A DNA stretch of 64,000 bases from Verrucomicrobiia bacterium (GTDB lineage: Bacteria; Verrucomicrobiota; Verrucomicrobiia; Limisphaerales; UBA11358): contig DATCEV010000030.1 of assembly GCA_036509895.1 (NCBI GenBank), forward strand, positions 27,220 to 91,219. Direction: 5' to 3'. A program made the position numbers and the translations under genes. The notes beneath the pieces are model-generated. The model was not told the origin of the DNA and searched no databases. It saw only the letters and a program-made list of their open reading frames with translations. Below, piece by piece: positions 45,307 to 54,887 of the stretch (position 1 is its first letter; each line of letters begins with the position of its first letter).

Positions 45307-48003
45307 TCAGACAATTTGCGGCTGGATTTTTTCAGGATCAACGCCGAGGTCTTTGATCGCCTGCGCCACGACTTCGCGCCCGATAAGATTTTTTTCCGCC
45401 AGGGCGTAAAGCGTGCCGATGACAACGGATTCCGCGTCCACTTCAAAAAATCTCCGCAATCGTCCGCGCGTGTCGCTGCGGCCAAAGCCGTCCGTGCCCA
45501 GCGTGAACAATCCGCCGGGAACCCACGACGCGATCTGATCGGGCACAGTGCGGATGTTGTCTGAAACAGCAACGAATGCCCCCTGCTCTTTCGCCAAAAG
45601 ATTTTCCACGTAAGATTTTTTTTGCGATTCGGTTGGATGCAACATGTTCCAACGCTGGCAACGGATCGCGTCCGTCCGCAAAAGTTTGTAACTCGTCGCG
45701 CTCCAAACGTCGGCGGAAACGTCATAGCGTTCGGCGAGAATCTCCTGCGCCTTTAACGCTGAATTGATAATCGGTCCGCTGCCAAAAATATGCGCCTTGA
45801 TTTTTTTGCCTTCCGCGCCGGGTTTGAATTTATACAAGCCTTTCAAAATTCCATCTTGAACGCCGTCCGGCATTGGCGGCATGGCGTGATTTTCATTGTA
45901 GAGGCAAAGGTAATAAAAAATTTCCTCGCCTTCGACATACATCCGGCGCATTCCATCGGCGATGATCACGGCCAGTTCGTAACCGAAAGCCGGATCGTAA
46001 GGCAGGCAGGTTGGAATCGTGCTGGCGTGCAGCAAACTGTGGCCGTCCTGATGTTGCAGACCTTCTCCGTTCAAAGTCGTGCGACCAGCGGTGGCGCCGA
46101 GCAAAAATCCTTTCGCCCGAATATCGCCCGCGAGCCAGAACAAATCGCCGACGCGTTGCGGGCCGAACATCGAGTAATAAATGTAAAATGGAATTGTCGG
46201 CACGCCGTGCGTCGCGTAGCTCGTGCCCGCCGCGATGAACGACGCCATCGAACCGGCTTCCGTGATGCCTTCTTCGAGAATCTGTCCGTCCTTCGCTTCG
46301 TGATAAAATGAGAGTGTGTTGCTGTCCACGGGTTCGTAAAGCTGTCCTTTCGACGAATAAATTCCAATCTCGCGGAACAACGTATCCAAACCAAACGTCC
46401 GCGCTTCGTCGGGAATGATCGGCACGAGATTTCTGCCGATGCCTTTATGTTGCAGCATCAGGCTGAGCAACCGGCCAAAGGCCATCGTGGTTGAAACTTC
46501 TCTAGTCGAACCCCGAATAAGCTCGGCGAAATAATCAAACTTCGGCACGTCCAGCGTCACCGGCTTGACATGGCGCGCGGGCAAAAATCCGCCGAGCGCC
46601 TTGCGCCGTTCGAGCAAATACTTCATTTCCGCGCTGTCAGCGGGCGGGCGATAAAAAGGCGTTTCCGCAATCACGTCGTCCGTGATCGGAATCTCGAAGC
46701 GTTCGCGAAATTCGCGCAGCTCCTTCTCGTTCATTTTTTTCTGCTGATGCGAAATGTTCCGGCCTTCGCCCGCTTCGCCGAGGCCGTAACCTTTCACCGT
46801 CTTCGCCAAAATCACCGTCGGCTGGCCTTTGTGTTCCACGGCGGCTTTGTAAGCGGCATAAACTTTCAACGTGTCGTGGCCGCCGCGCAGCAATTTGCGA
46901 ATCTGCTCGTCGCTCAAATGATTCACGAGTTCGAGCAGTTCGGGATATTTTCCAAAAAAATGTTTGCGCGTGTAGCTGCCCGGCTCGACGCAATACTTTT
47001 GGAAATCGCCGTCCACGCATTCTTCCATGCGCTTGTGCAACAAACCGTTTTTGTCGCGCTTGAGCAATTCGTCCCAGTCCGTTCCCCAGATTACCTTGAT
47101 GACATTCCAGCCCGCGCCGCGAAAAAGTCCTTCGAGTTCCTGAATAATTTTTCCGTTGCCGCGCACCGGGCCGTCGAGCCGTTGCAGATTGCAGTTGATG
47201 ACCCAGATCAAATTATCGAGATTTTCGCGCGCGCCGAGCGTGATTGCGCCGAGCGTTTCCGGTTCGTCCGATTCGCCGTCGCCGACGTAGCACCAGACCT
47301 TCGGTTCTTCGCCGCTGATAAGTCCGCGCGCTTTCAGATAACGATTAAATCGCGCTTGATACAACGACATGATCGGGCCAAGTCCCATCGAGACCGTGGG
47401 AAACTGCCAGAAATCCGGCATCAAATACGGATGCGGATATGACGACAATCCGCCGCCTTCCGCGAGTTCCTGCCGGAAATTTTGCAAATGTTTTTCGTCC
47501 AGCCGGCCTTCGAGAAAAGCGCGCGCATAAATTCCCGGCGACGCGTGGCCTTGAAAATAAATGATGTCACCGCTGAAATTTTCCGATGCGCCGCGAAAGA
47601 AATGGTTGAACCCGATTTCGTAAAGCGTCGCTGACGAAGCGTAACTTGAAATATGCCCGCCGACGTTCGTCGTCGAGTTGGCCTTCACGACCATCGCCAT
47701 CGCGTTCCAGCGCATGAGACTTTTGATGCGCCGTTCCACGCGCCAATCGCCCGGATAATTTGGCTGCTGTTCCGCCGGAATCGTGTTGACGTAAGGCGTG
47801 GTCAAACCCGCCGCCGGACGCGGCGCGGCGCGCAACTGGCTCGCGAGTTTTTCCAGCAATTGCGCCGTGCGTTCCGGGCCGTGGCTCTCCAGCGCCAGCT
47901 CAAAAACCGATTGCAAAGATTCATCCAGCTTCTCGCCATTTCCATTTCCATTGGAAAAAGCAGCCAGACGCGAACCGTAAATTTCTTTTGTATCCACTTT
48001 CAC
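45307..48003 (-). CDS. aceE: pyruvate dehydrogenase E1 component, homodimeric type
   Basis: 898 aa. ThDP motif VGDGESDEPE...NLDNLIWVINCNLQRLDG, HQQKKM, GTDGFGRSD. Confidence 0.95.
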   Translation of the reverse strand: MKVDTKEIYGSRLAAFSNGNGNGEKLDESLQSVFELALESHGPERTAQLLEKLASQLRAAPRPAAGLTTPYVNTIPAEQQPNYPGDWRVERRIKSLMRWNAMAMVVKANSTTNVGGHISSYASSATLYEIGFNHFFRGASENFSGDIIYFQGHASPGIYARAFLEGRLDEKHLQNFRQELAEGGGLSSYPHPYLMPDFWQFPTVSMGLGPIMSLYQARFNRYLKARGLISGEEPKVWCYVGDGESDEPETLGAITLGARENLDNLIWVINCNLQRLDGPVRGNGKIIQELEGLFRGAGWNVIKVIWGTDWDELLKRDKNGLLHKRMEECVDGDFQKYCVEPGSYTRKHFFGKYPELLELVNHLSDEQIRKLLRGGHDTLKVYAAYKAAVEHKGQPTVILAKTVKGYGLGEAGEGRNISHQQKKMNEKELREFRERFEIPITDDVIAETPFYRPPADSAEMKYLLERRKALGGFLPARHVKPVTLDVPKFDYFAELIRGSTREVSTTMAFGRLLSLMLQHKGIGRNLVPIIPDEARTFGLDTLFREIGIYSSKGQLYEPVDSNTLSFYHEAKDGQILEEGITEAGSMASFIAAGTSYATHGVPTIPFYIYYSMFGPQRVGDLFWLAGDIRAKGFLLGATAGRTTLNGEGLQHQDGHSLLHASTIPTCLPYDPAFGYELAVIIADGMRRMYVEGEEIFYYLCLYNENHAMPPMPDGVQDGILKGLYKFKPGAEGKKIKAHIFGSGPIINSALKAQEILAERYDVSADVWSATSYKLLRTDAIRCQRWNMLHPTESQKKSYVENLLAKEQGAFVAVSDNIRTVPDQIASWVPGGLFTLGTDGFGRSDTRGRLRRFFEVDAESVVIGTLYALAEKNLIGREVVAQAIKDLGVDPEKIQPQIV

Positions 48004-48082
48004 TATGATTCAATTTCCCACATCGCGGCAAATCCGCGAAATAAATTAGAACGAAATTTAACATTCAAAGCCAGCGAAATCA

Positions 48083-48841
48083 ATGCCGGTGAAATACCTT
48101 GACCTGACATTTCCCACACCCGCTGAAAATCTCGCGGGCGATGAGGCATTGCTCGACTGGCGCGAAGAAAATGGCGGCGAAGAAATTCTGCGCGTTTGGG
48201 AATCGCCGGAAATGTTTGTCGTCGTCGGCTATGCGAATAAAATTGCGGCGGAAGTGAACGTCGAAAATTGTCGCGTGAAACAAATTCCTATTCTTCGCCG
48301 CTGCTCCGGCGGCGGAACGGTTTTGCAGGGCCGGGGATGTTTGAATTACGCGCTCGTTTTGCGAATCGCCGAAAATTCTCCGCTCGCCGGCATTTCCAGC
48401 GCGAACAAATTTATCATGGAGCGAAATCGCGCGGCGATTGAGTCCAAAATCCAAAGCCCAAAGTCCAAAGTTGACGTGTGCGGACACACGGATTTGGCGC
48501 TCATCACTCATCACTCATCACTCATCACTTCCCGAAAATTTTCCGGCAATTCCCAACGTCGCCGGAAAAACTTTCTGCTTTTTCACGGAACATTTCTTTT
48601 GAATTTCGACCTCGCGCTCGTCGGCGAATTTTTGCGAATGCCGTCCAAGCAGCCGGATTATCGCAGCAGTCGCGAGCACAACGATTTTTTGACCAACCTG
48701 AATCTGCCGGTCGCAGAAATAAAAAGCGCGCTCAAAAAAATCTGGAACGCGGACGAAAAATTGGATGAGTTTCCAAAAGAAGAAATCCAAAAACTTGCCG
48801 CGCAAAAATATTCAACCGACGAATGGAATTGCAAATTATGA
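48083..48841 (+). CDS. biotin/lipoate A/B protein ligase family protein (LplA/LipB-like)
   Basis: LRVWESPEMFVVVGY, ILRRCSGGGTVLQG, KFSGNSQRR. Contains translated tandem repeats. Divergent from aceE. Confidence 0.7.
   Translation: MPVKYLDLTFPTPAENLAGDEALLDWREENGGEEILRVWESPEMFVVVGYANKIAAEVNVENCRVKQIPILRRCSGGGTVLQGRGCLNYALVLRIAENSPLAGISSANKFIMERNRAAIESKIQSPKSKVDVCGHTDLALITHHSSLITSRKFSGNSQRRRKNFLLFHGTFLLNFDLALVGEFLRMPSKQPDYRSSREHNDFLTNLNLPVAEIKSALKKIWNADEKLDEFPKEEIQKLAAQKYSTDEWNCKL
48443..48529. repeat. TCCAAAG heptamer array and CTCATCA heptamer array inside the lipoate-ligase-like gene
   Basis: tccaaaatccaaagcccaaagtccaaag ... ctcatcactcatcactcatcactcatcact. Translated as KIQSPKSKV and LITHHSSLITS. 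Confidence 0.85.
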
Positions 48842-49653
48842 AACGAAAAGTTGCCGTCATTTTGTTCGTCTGGATTTGTTTTGTTTTCCGCGTCTTTTGC
48901 GCCGATGCGGAATACAAACTTGTTCGCATCGAAACCTTGACCAATGCCGTGCGCGTCCGTTTGCCGTTGACCGACGTGACCGGCAAAGTTCGCGTGAAGG
49001 AAAAAACTTCGGATGGCTTTGGAATTCCGATTGCGCCGTCCAAAACTTCGCTCGGCGAAAAAGATTATCTTGAATGGCAGATCGGTTACGACCTTCCGAA
49101 CACTAACAGTCCCAGCGTCGTTCCTGAAATAAAATTCCAGCGTAATGGCGAGACGAAATACGGCCACGAACTTTCCAAAATCATTTTTGAAGCCGTTCGC
49201 ATCGGAATTCTTTCAACGAACGATTTGATTCGCGAACTGGAATCTCTGAAAAAAATTCCCGCGACTGAATTTGAGGAAAGTCAGACCGTGCAGGTTGAAG
49301 TTTCCACCAATGCCGCTGCGGACGGATTTCAAAGCGCCGTCGAGCGATTGCCGCAGTTCACCAAATCCACGCCGCATGGTTCGGTGCAAATTCAATTGAA
49401 ACAAAAGCAACGCGCCGTCGGTTATCAGGCGATGGTTTATGTCTGCCTGCCAATGAATCAGATTTTGGACGCAAATGGAAATTTAAGAAAATCCGGTCCG
49501 GCCAAATCCAAAGAAACGGTTTTTTACGATTTCAACCGCGCGAACGCCGCGTTCCTTCTCGACATCATCCACGCCTTCGGCATCGCCTCGCAACAGCACA
49601 ACGAAGACATCCGGCAGATTCTTGGAAAAATTTTGGAAACGGCTGGCAATTGA
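48838..49653 (+). CDS. secreted hypothetical protein
   Basis: Start MKRKVAVILFVWICFVFRVFCADA (signal peptide) in an ATGA overlap with the upstream stop. No recognisable domain. Confidence 0.5.
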   Translation: MKRKVAVILFVWICFVFRVFCADAEYKLVRIETLTNAVRVRLPLTDVTGKVRVKEKTSDGFGIPIAPSKTSLGEKDYLEWQIGYDLPNTNSPSVVPEIKFQRNGETKYGHELSKIIFEAVRIGILSTNDLIRELESLKKIPATEFEESQTVQVEVSTNAAADGFQSAVERLPQFTKSTPHGSVQIQLKQKQRAVGYQAMVYVCLPMNQILDANGNLRKSGPAKSKETVFYDFNRANAAFLLDIIHAFGIASQQHNEDIRQILGKILETAGN

Positions 49654-49709
49654 TACAACGCAAAAACTTTGACACGAATTCCATGAACTAACGCGAATTA
49701 AAAATTCCT

Positions 49710-49985
49710 TCAGCGAAACAAATCGCTGTGCGTGCCGGTGCGCTCAAAGCGGACGTGCGAACCGTTTTCCGCCAGCGTGTAAATCAAAACCCAATCCGGC
49801 TCGATGTGGCAGTCGCGGCTGCCGGCAAAATTTCCGCGCAAGGGATGGTCTTTGTATTCCGGCGGCAAAGGCTCGCCGTCAATCAGCAATTCCAGCACGG
49901 CCTTGAGCTGCGCCATGTCCTTGCCGCGCTTGTCCGCGCGCTTGACATCTTTTTTGAACTGGCTGGTGCGGCTGCGGCTCCTCAC
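49710..49985 (-). CDS. yafQ: type II toxin, YafQ/RelE family mRNA interferase
   Basis: FKKDVKRADKRGKDM..L..V...L..GEPLPPEYKDHPLRGNFAGSRDCHIEPDWVLIY...THSDLF. Confidence 0.85.
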   Translation of the reverse strand: MRSRSRTSQFKKDVKRADKRGKDMAQLKAVLELLIDGEPLPPEYKDHPLRGNFAGSRDCHIEPDWVLIYTLAENGSHVRFERTGTHSDLFR

Positions 49986-50242
49986 AAGCCCAGATCGGCG
50001 TAGAGTTCTTTTTTGCCGCCAAACCGTTTTACACTTTTTCCCGTCTTGCTGGCGTTGAGCGTGCGCGCGGTCAGCGCGTTTGGAATCCGCACGTCAAAGG
50101 GCAGACCGCGCTGCAGCTTGATCTGCCGGTAAAGCAGATGCACGGTTTCCGAAACGGTGAGTCCCAAGTCCGAAAGGATGTTTTCGACCTCGGTTTTCAG
50201 ACCCGGCTCGACGCGGGCGCGGATGTTGGCAGTCTTGCTCAT
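49982..50242 (-). CDS. dinJ: type II antitoxin, DinJ/RelB family
   Basis: ANIRARVEPGLKTEVENILSDLGLTVSETVHLLYRQIKLQRGLPF. 4-nt overlap with the toxin gene. Confidence 0.85.
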   Translation of the reverse strand: MSKTANIRARVEPGLKTEVENILSDLGLTVSETVHLLYRQIKLQRGLPFDVRIPNALTARTLNASKTGKSVKRFGGKKELYADLGL

Positions 50243-50314
50243 GCGCTGAATGTAGCCCTAATAGGGCTACATGGCAAGCTTCTTTTTTTAGGGAAACAAC
50301 CGCGAAAAATAACT

Positions 50315-50827
50315 TTACTCGCAAAAGCGTCGCAAAACGGCGTTCACGAATCCGAAGCGAGAAATGGAAACCGCTTTATCAAGTTCCTTTTGTTCTTCCA
50401 CGTCAATTTTCTGGAGAACTGAATCATATTTGTTCGCGTCCTGACCGAGATCCGCTTTCCAGCCATCAACGACCTCTTCAATTTTCGTCAATTCGTCTTT
50501 GTCCATCCAAATGCCGCCGCACGCGGTGCATTTGTGTAAAATGATTCCGCTCGTGTCGCCGTAATTGAAATGCTCCATCCGCACGTCGCCACACGCGGGG
50601 CAATTCAATTCGTCCACGTCGTCTTTTTCAGCAGTGAAAATTTCCTTGTTGACCGCATCCAGCGAAGCGATTTCTTCCGGCATGAAAACCTCGGCGTGAT
50701 GCTCGGCGATTTTTTGAAGCTCGCCGGCAAAAAGCCATTCGCCTTTGCAATCAGGACAGACTTCGACTTTTTGATTGTCGTATTCGACGGATTGAAGAAC
50801 AGAATTTTTGCAGCGGGGACAGTTCAT
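50315..50827 (-). CDS. double zinc-ribbon protein (zf-TFIIB-type domains)
   Basis: Two copies of CPxC...CxxCxG.W (MNCPRCKN...CPDCKGEWL; CPACGD...CTACGGIWM). Confidence 0.65.
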   Translation of the reverse strand: MNCPRCKNSVLQSVEYDNQKVEVCPDCKGEWLFAGELQKIAEHHAEVFMPEEIASLDAVNKEIFTAEKDDVDELNCPACGDVRMEHFNYGDTSGIILHKCTACGGIWMDKDELTKIEEVVDGWKADLGQDANKYDSVLQKIDVEEQKELDKAVSISRFGFVNAVLRRFCE

Positions 50828-50841
50828 AGTTTTAAGATTTA

Positions 50842-50903
50842 GACAGAATTTACAGAATTAACAAAAATTCCAAGAAATAATTTTGAAATTCTGTCATTCT
50901 GTC
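50842..50903. repeat. GACAGAAT-unit inverted repeat between acnA and the zinc-ribbon gene
   Basis: gacagaatttacagaatt ... gaaattctgtcattctgtc. Confidence 0.8.
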
Positions 50904-50904
50904 T

Positions 50905-53817
50905 TCAAGTTCTTGAAACCAGTTGCCGCAACACGAACGGCAAAATGCCGCCGTGCTGGTAGTAATCAATTTCAATCGGCGTATCTATGCGGCAAATCAC
51001 GGAAATATTTTCGGTTTGGCCGTTCGCGCGCGTGATTTTCAGGGTCAAATCCTGCTGCGGTTTCAGGTTCGCGCCGAGGCCGGCAATGTCGTAAGTCTCC
51101 GTGCCGTCGAGTTTCAAAGTCTGCGCCGTCACGCCGTCCTTGAATTGCAACGGCAATACGCCCATGCCGACCAAATTGCTGCGATGGATGCGCTCGAAGC
51201 TTTGCGCGACGACGGCTTTCACACCGAGCAGGTTCGTGCCTTTCGCCGCCCAATCGCGCGAGCTGCCCGTGCCGTATTCCTGTCCGGCCAGAACGACGAG
51301 CGGGATTTTTGCAGCCACATATTTCATGGCCGCGTCGTAAATGGACATTTCCTGACTTTGGACTTCGGACTTCGGACTTTGGACTTCAAGATATTTCGTC
51401 ACGCCGCCTTCGACGCCGGGCACCATCAAATTTTTGATGCGCACATTTGCAAAAGTGCCGCGCGTCATCACGCGGTCGTTGCCGCGCCGCGAGCCGTAGC
51501 TGTTGAAATCTTCCGCGCTCACGCCGTTCTCGATGAGATATTTTCCGGCGGGCGAAGATTTCTTGATCGAACCGGCGGGCGAAATGTGATCCGTCGTCAC
51601 GCTGTCGCCAAAAATCGCCAGCGCGCGCGCGTTTTTAATTTCATGGATTTCACCGGGCGTCATCGAAAAATTTTCAAAGAACGGCGGTTCCTGGATGTAA
51701 GTGGATTTTTTATCCCATTCATAAACGTTGCCGGTGGACGAAGGAATTTCATTCCACTTCGGATTTTGTTCCGCGAAATCCTTGTAAAGTTTTTTGAAAA
51801 CTTCCGGCTTCAGCGCGCTTTGCATCTGGTCGCGAATTTCCTGCAACGTCGGCCACAAATCTTTTAGAAAAACGTCCGCGCCATTTTTATCTTTGCCGAG
51901 CGGCTCGCTGTTCAAATCAATGTCCACGCGGCCCGCCAGCGCGAATGCGACGACGAGTGGCGGCGACATCAGAAAATTCGCCTTGATGTTTTGATGGATG
52001 CGCGCCTCGAAATTCCGGTTGCCGGACAAAACGGACGCGGCGATCAAATCATTTTTGGAAATCGCCTCGTCAATCGGCGCGGCGAGCGGGCCGGAATTGC
52101 CGATGCACGTCGTGCAGCCGTAACCGACGAGATTGAAGCCGAGCGCGTCGAGATATTTTTGCAAACCGGCCTTGTTCAAATAATCGCTGACGACGCGCGA
52201 GCCGGGCGCGAGCGACGTTTTTACGAGCGGGTTCACGGTCAGACCGCGCTCGACGGCTTTTTTCGCGAGCAAACCCGCCGCGAGCATCACGCTCGGGTTG
52301 CTCGTGTTCGTGCAACTCGTGATCGCTGCGATCAAAACCGAGCCGTGACGGATTTCGCCGCCGCAAATTTTTGCCGACGCGCCGTGAACCGCGTCGGGCG
52401 TCGGACGATTATTCGCCATTTCCAGTTCCGTCTGCGGATTGGTATTTCTCGCGAACGACTGTGTTTCCGAAACCGGCTCCTGGCTGCCGCCGCCGGAACT
52501 GTCGCCATCGTGACATTCAACGCGAAAGGTTTGGTTCAAGACGTCCGGCGATTTTCCAAAACCGCTTTCGGCCACCGGCTTGGAAAACGTGGAAATAAAT
52601 TCCTGCTTCATTTTCGGCAATTCAATCCGGTCCTGCGGACGTTTCGGACCGGCGACGCTCGGAACGACGCCGGCCAAATCCAGTTCCACTTCCTGCGAGT
52701 ATTGGATTTCGCCGCGCTTGGGCATTCCAAAAAGATTTTGCGCGCGATAATAATTTTCGTAGAGGCGGCAATGTTCCTCGCTGCGGCCGGTGGCGCGCAG
52801 ATAATTCACGCACTCGGCGTCAATCGGGAAAAAACCCATCGTCGCGCCATATTCCGGCGCCATGTTCGCGATGGTCGCGCGATCCACGACCGGCAACGCC
52901 GCCGCGCCGGGGCCGAAAAATTCCACGAATTTGCCGACGACTTTTGCTTTTCGCAACAGTTGCGTGACGGTCAAAGCCAAATCAGTCGCGGTGACGCCTT
53001 CGCGCAAACTGCCGGTCATGTGAACGCCCACAACGTCGGGAGTCAGAAAATAAACCGGCTGGCCGAGCATTCCGGCTTCCGCTTCGATGCCGCCGACGCC
53101 CCAGCCGACGATGCCCAAACCGTTAATCATCGTCGTGTGCGAATCCGTGCCGACGAGCGTGTCGGGATAAAATAGGAGCGCGGACGGCTCGTCCGCGTTT
53201 TTCGAATTCGCGGGCGAGCCGCCCGCGCTCCAAAGCACGCCCTTCGCGAGATATTCCAAATTCACTTGATGAACAATTCCGATTCCGGGCGGCACGACTT
53301 TGAACGTGTCGAACGCCTGCATTCCCCATTTCAAAAATTGGTAGCGCTCGCGGTTGCGTTGAAATTCAATTTCCAAATTTTTTTGCAGCGCGTCGGCGTT
53401 GCCAAAAAAATCCACCTGCACGGAATGATCCACGACCAAATCCACCGGCACGAGCGGTTCGATGATTTTTGGATTCTTGCCGAGCTTCGCAACCGCGCTG
53501 CGCATCGCCGCCAAATCCACGAGCAGCGGCACGCCGGTGAAATCCTGCAAAACAATTCGCGCAACGACGAACGGAATTTCCGCCGTGCGCGTTTCAACCG
53601 GCTTCCAATTCGCGAGTTCCTTGATGTTCGCCTCGGAAACTTTTTTGCCATCGCAATTTCTCAAAACTGATTCGAGCACGATGCGAATTGAAACCGGCAA
53701 TTTGGAAATGTTCCCGACGCCAGCTTTTTCCAACGCCGGCAGCGAATAAAAATTCCCTTTTTTCCCGTTGCCCAAATCGAAAGTTTGCAGTGAATCAAAT
53801 AAATTGTGTGCGCTCAT
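50905..53817 (-). CDS. acnA: aconitate hydratase A
   Basis: 970 aa. Fe-S ligand motifs [13 protein letters not shown] and [10 protein letters not shown]; SGNRNFEAR; [14 protein letters not shown]. Confidence 0.95.
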   Translation of the reverse strand: MSAHNLFDSLQTFDLGNGKKGNFYSLPALEKAGVGNISKLPVSIRIVLESVLRNCDGKKVSEANIKELANWKPVETRTAEIPFVVARIVLQDFTGVPLLVDLAAMRSAVAKLGKNPKIIEPLVPVDLVVDHSVQVDFFGNADALQKNLEIEFQRNRERYQFLKWGMQAFDTFKVVPPGIGIVHQVNLEYLAKGVLWSAGGSPANSKNADEPSALLFYPDTLVGTDSHTTMINGLGIVGWGVGGIEAEAGMLGQPVYFLTPDVVGVHMTGSLREGVTATDLALTVTQLLRKAKVVGKFVEFFGPGAAALPVVDRATIANMAPEYGATMGFFPIDAECVNYLRATGRSEEHCRLYENYYRAQNLFGMPKRGEIQYSQEVELDLAGVVPSVAGPKRPQDRIELPKMKQEFISTFSKPVAESGFGKSPDVLNQTFRVECHDGDSSGGGSQEPVSETQSFARNTNPQTELEMANNRPTPDAVHGASAKICGGEIRHGSVLIAAITSCTNTSNPSVMLAAGLLAKKAVERGLTVNPLVKTSLAPGSRVVSDYLNKAGLQKYLDALGFNLVGYGCTTCIGNSGPLAAPIDEAISKNDLIAASVLSGNRNFEARIHQNIKANFLMSPPLVVAFALAGRVDIDLNSEPLGKDKNGADVFLKDLWPTLQEIRDQMQSALKPEVFKKLYKDFAEQNPKWNEIPSSTGNVYEWDKKSTYIQEPPFFENFSMTPGEIHEIKNARALAIFGDSVTTDHISPAGSIKKSSPAGKYLIENGVSAEDFNSYGSRRGNDRVMTRGTFANVRIKNLMVPGVEGGVTKYLEVQSPKSEVQSQEMSIYDAAMKYVAAKIPLVVLAGQEYGTGSSRDWAAKGTNLLGVKAVVAQSFERIHRSNLVGMGVLPLQFKDGVTAQTLKLDGTETYDIAGLGANLKPQQDLTLKITRANGQTENISVICRIDTPIEIDYYQHGGILPFVLRQLVSRT
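51353..51387. repeat. five GACTTYG heptamers (TCCRAAG on the coding strand) inside acnA
   Basis: tgactttggacttcggacttcggactttggacttc. Translated as [12 protein letters not shown]. Confidence 0.85.
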
Positions 53818-53979
53818 TTTGTTTCCTCAAAAGAAAATGAAGCTGAAGCGCGAGCGTGTCAAGCGAAGCGCAGATAATTGCGCGCGAAATTTCAGGCGCA
53901 GATGAAAACCGCGTGATAAAATGGAAACGCAACTGGCAAAAAACTTGTTGGCCGCAGGCAATTCTGGCAGTTTTAGCAA

Positions 53980-54876
53980 ATGCCTACGCGACGAGGTTCC
54001 ATCCATTTATTCCGACTTTTCGGAATTGACGTGTATTTGCATTGGGCCTGGTTTCTGGCGGCGGCCTATTTTGTCAATCAGGCGCGCGGATATTCTTCGC
54101 CGGTGTGGAGCGTTCTGGAATGTCTTTCGCTTTTCCTCATCGTGTTGATCCACGAATTTGGCCATCAGCTCGCCTGCCGCTCGGTGGGCGGAAAAACCAA
54201 TCAAATCATTCTGTGGCCGCTCGGCGGCGTGGCGTTCGTCACGCCGCCGCAACGGCCCGGCGCACAACTGTGGAGCATCGCCGCCGGGCCGCTGGTCAAT
54301 GTGATTCTCTTTCCAATTTTCAGCGCGCTGCTTTGGGTCGGAAAACGATTCGTTCAAGACGACGCAATTCCCGACTGGTTTCGGTTCCTCAATAATCTCT
54401 GGCTCATCAATCTCGTGCTGCTGATTTTCAACATGCTGCCGATTTTTCCGCTCGATGGCGGGCAAATTTTGCGTTCGCTCCTCTGGTTTGTTTTTGGGCG
54501 CGCACGTAGTTTAATGATCGCCAGCAGCCTCGGTTTCGTCGGCGTCGCGGGATTGATTGCGTTGGCGCTTTGGGAACAATCCATCTGGCTCGGCATTTTG
54601 TGCGTGTTCATTGCGATGAATTGCTGGGCGGGATTTCAACAGGCGCGCGCGCTGGCAAAAGTGGCCAATGCGCCGCGCCGTGCCGGATTTTTTTGTCCCC
54701 ACTGCAAACTCGCGCCGCCGGTGGGAAATTTTTGGACCTGCGCAAAATGCGGAAATCCATTTGACATTTTTGAAACGCAAGGCGCCTGCCCCCATTGCGC
54801 CGTCCAATATGCCGCCACTTCGTGTCCCGAATGCGGAAGCGTGCGGCCAATCAGTGAATGGATGATTTCTGTCTGA
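53980..54876 (+). CDS. M50 (site-2 protease) family zinc metalloprotease with C-terminal Cys4 zinc ribbons
   Basis: HEFGHQLA (HExxH) in a TM helix, NMLPIFPLDGG, C-terminal CPHC...CAKC...CPHC...CPEC. Confidence 0.8.
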   Translation: MPTRRGSIHLFRLFGIDVYLHWAWFLAAAYFVNQARGYSSPVWSVLECLSLFLIVLIHEFGHQLACRSVGGKTNQIILWPLGGVAFVTPPQRPGAQLWSIAAGPLVNVILFPIFSALLWVGKRFVQDDAIPDWFRFLNNLWLINLVLLIFNMLPIFPLDGGQILRSLLWFVFGRARSLMIASSLGFVGVAGLIALALWEQSIWLGILCVFIAMNCWAGFQQARALAKVANAPRRAGFFCPHCKLAPPVGNFWTCAKCGNPFDIFETQGACPHCAVQYAATSCPECGSVRPISEWMISV

Positions 54877-54887
54877 AATTAATAAAT

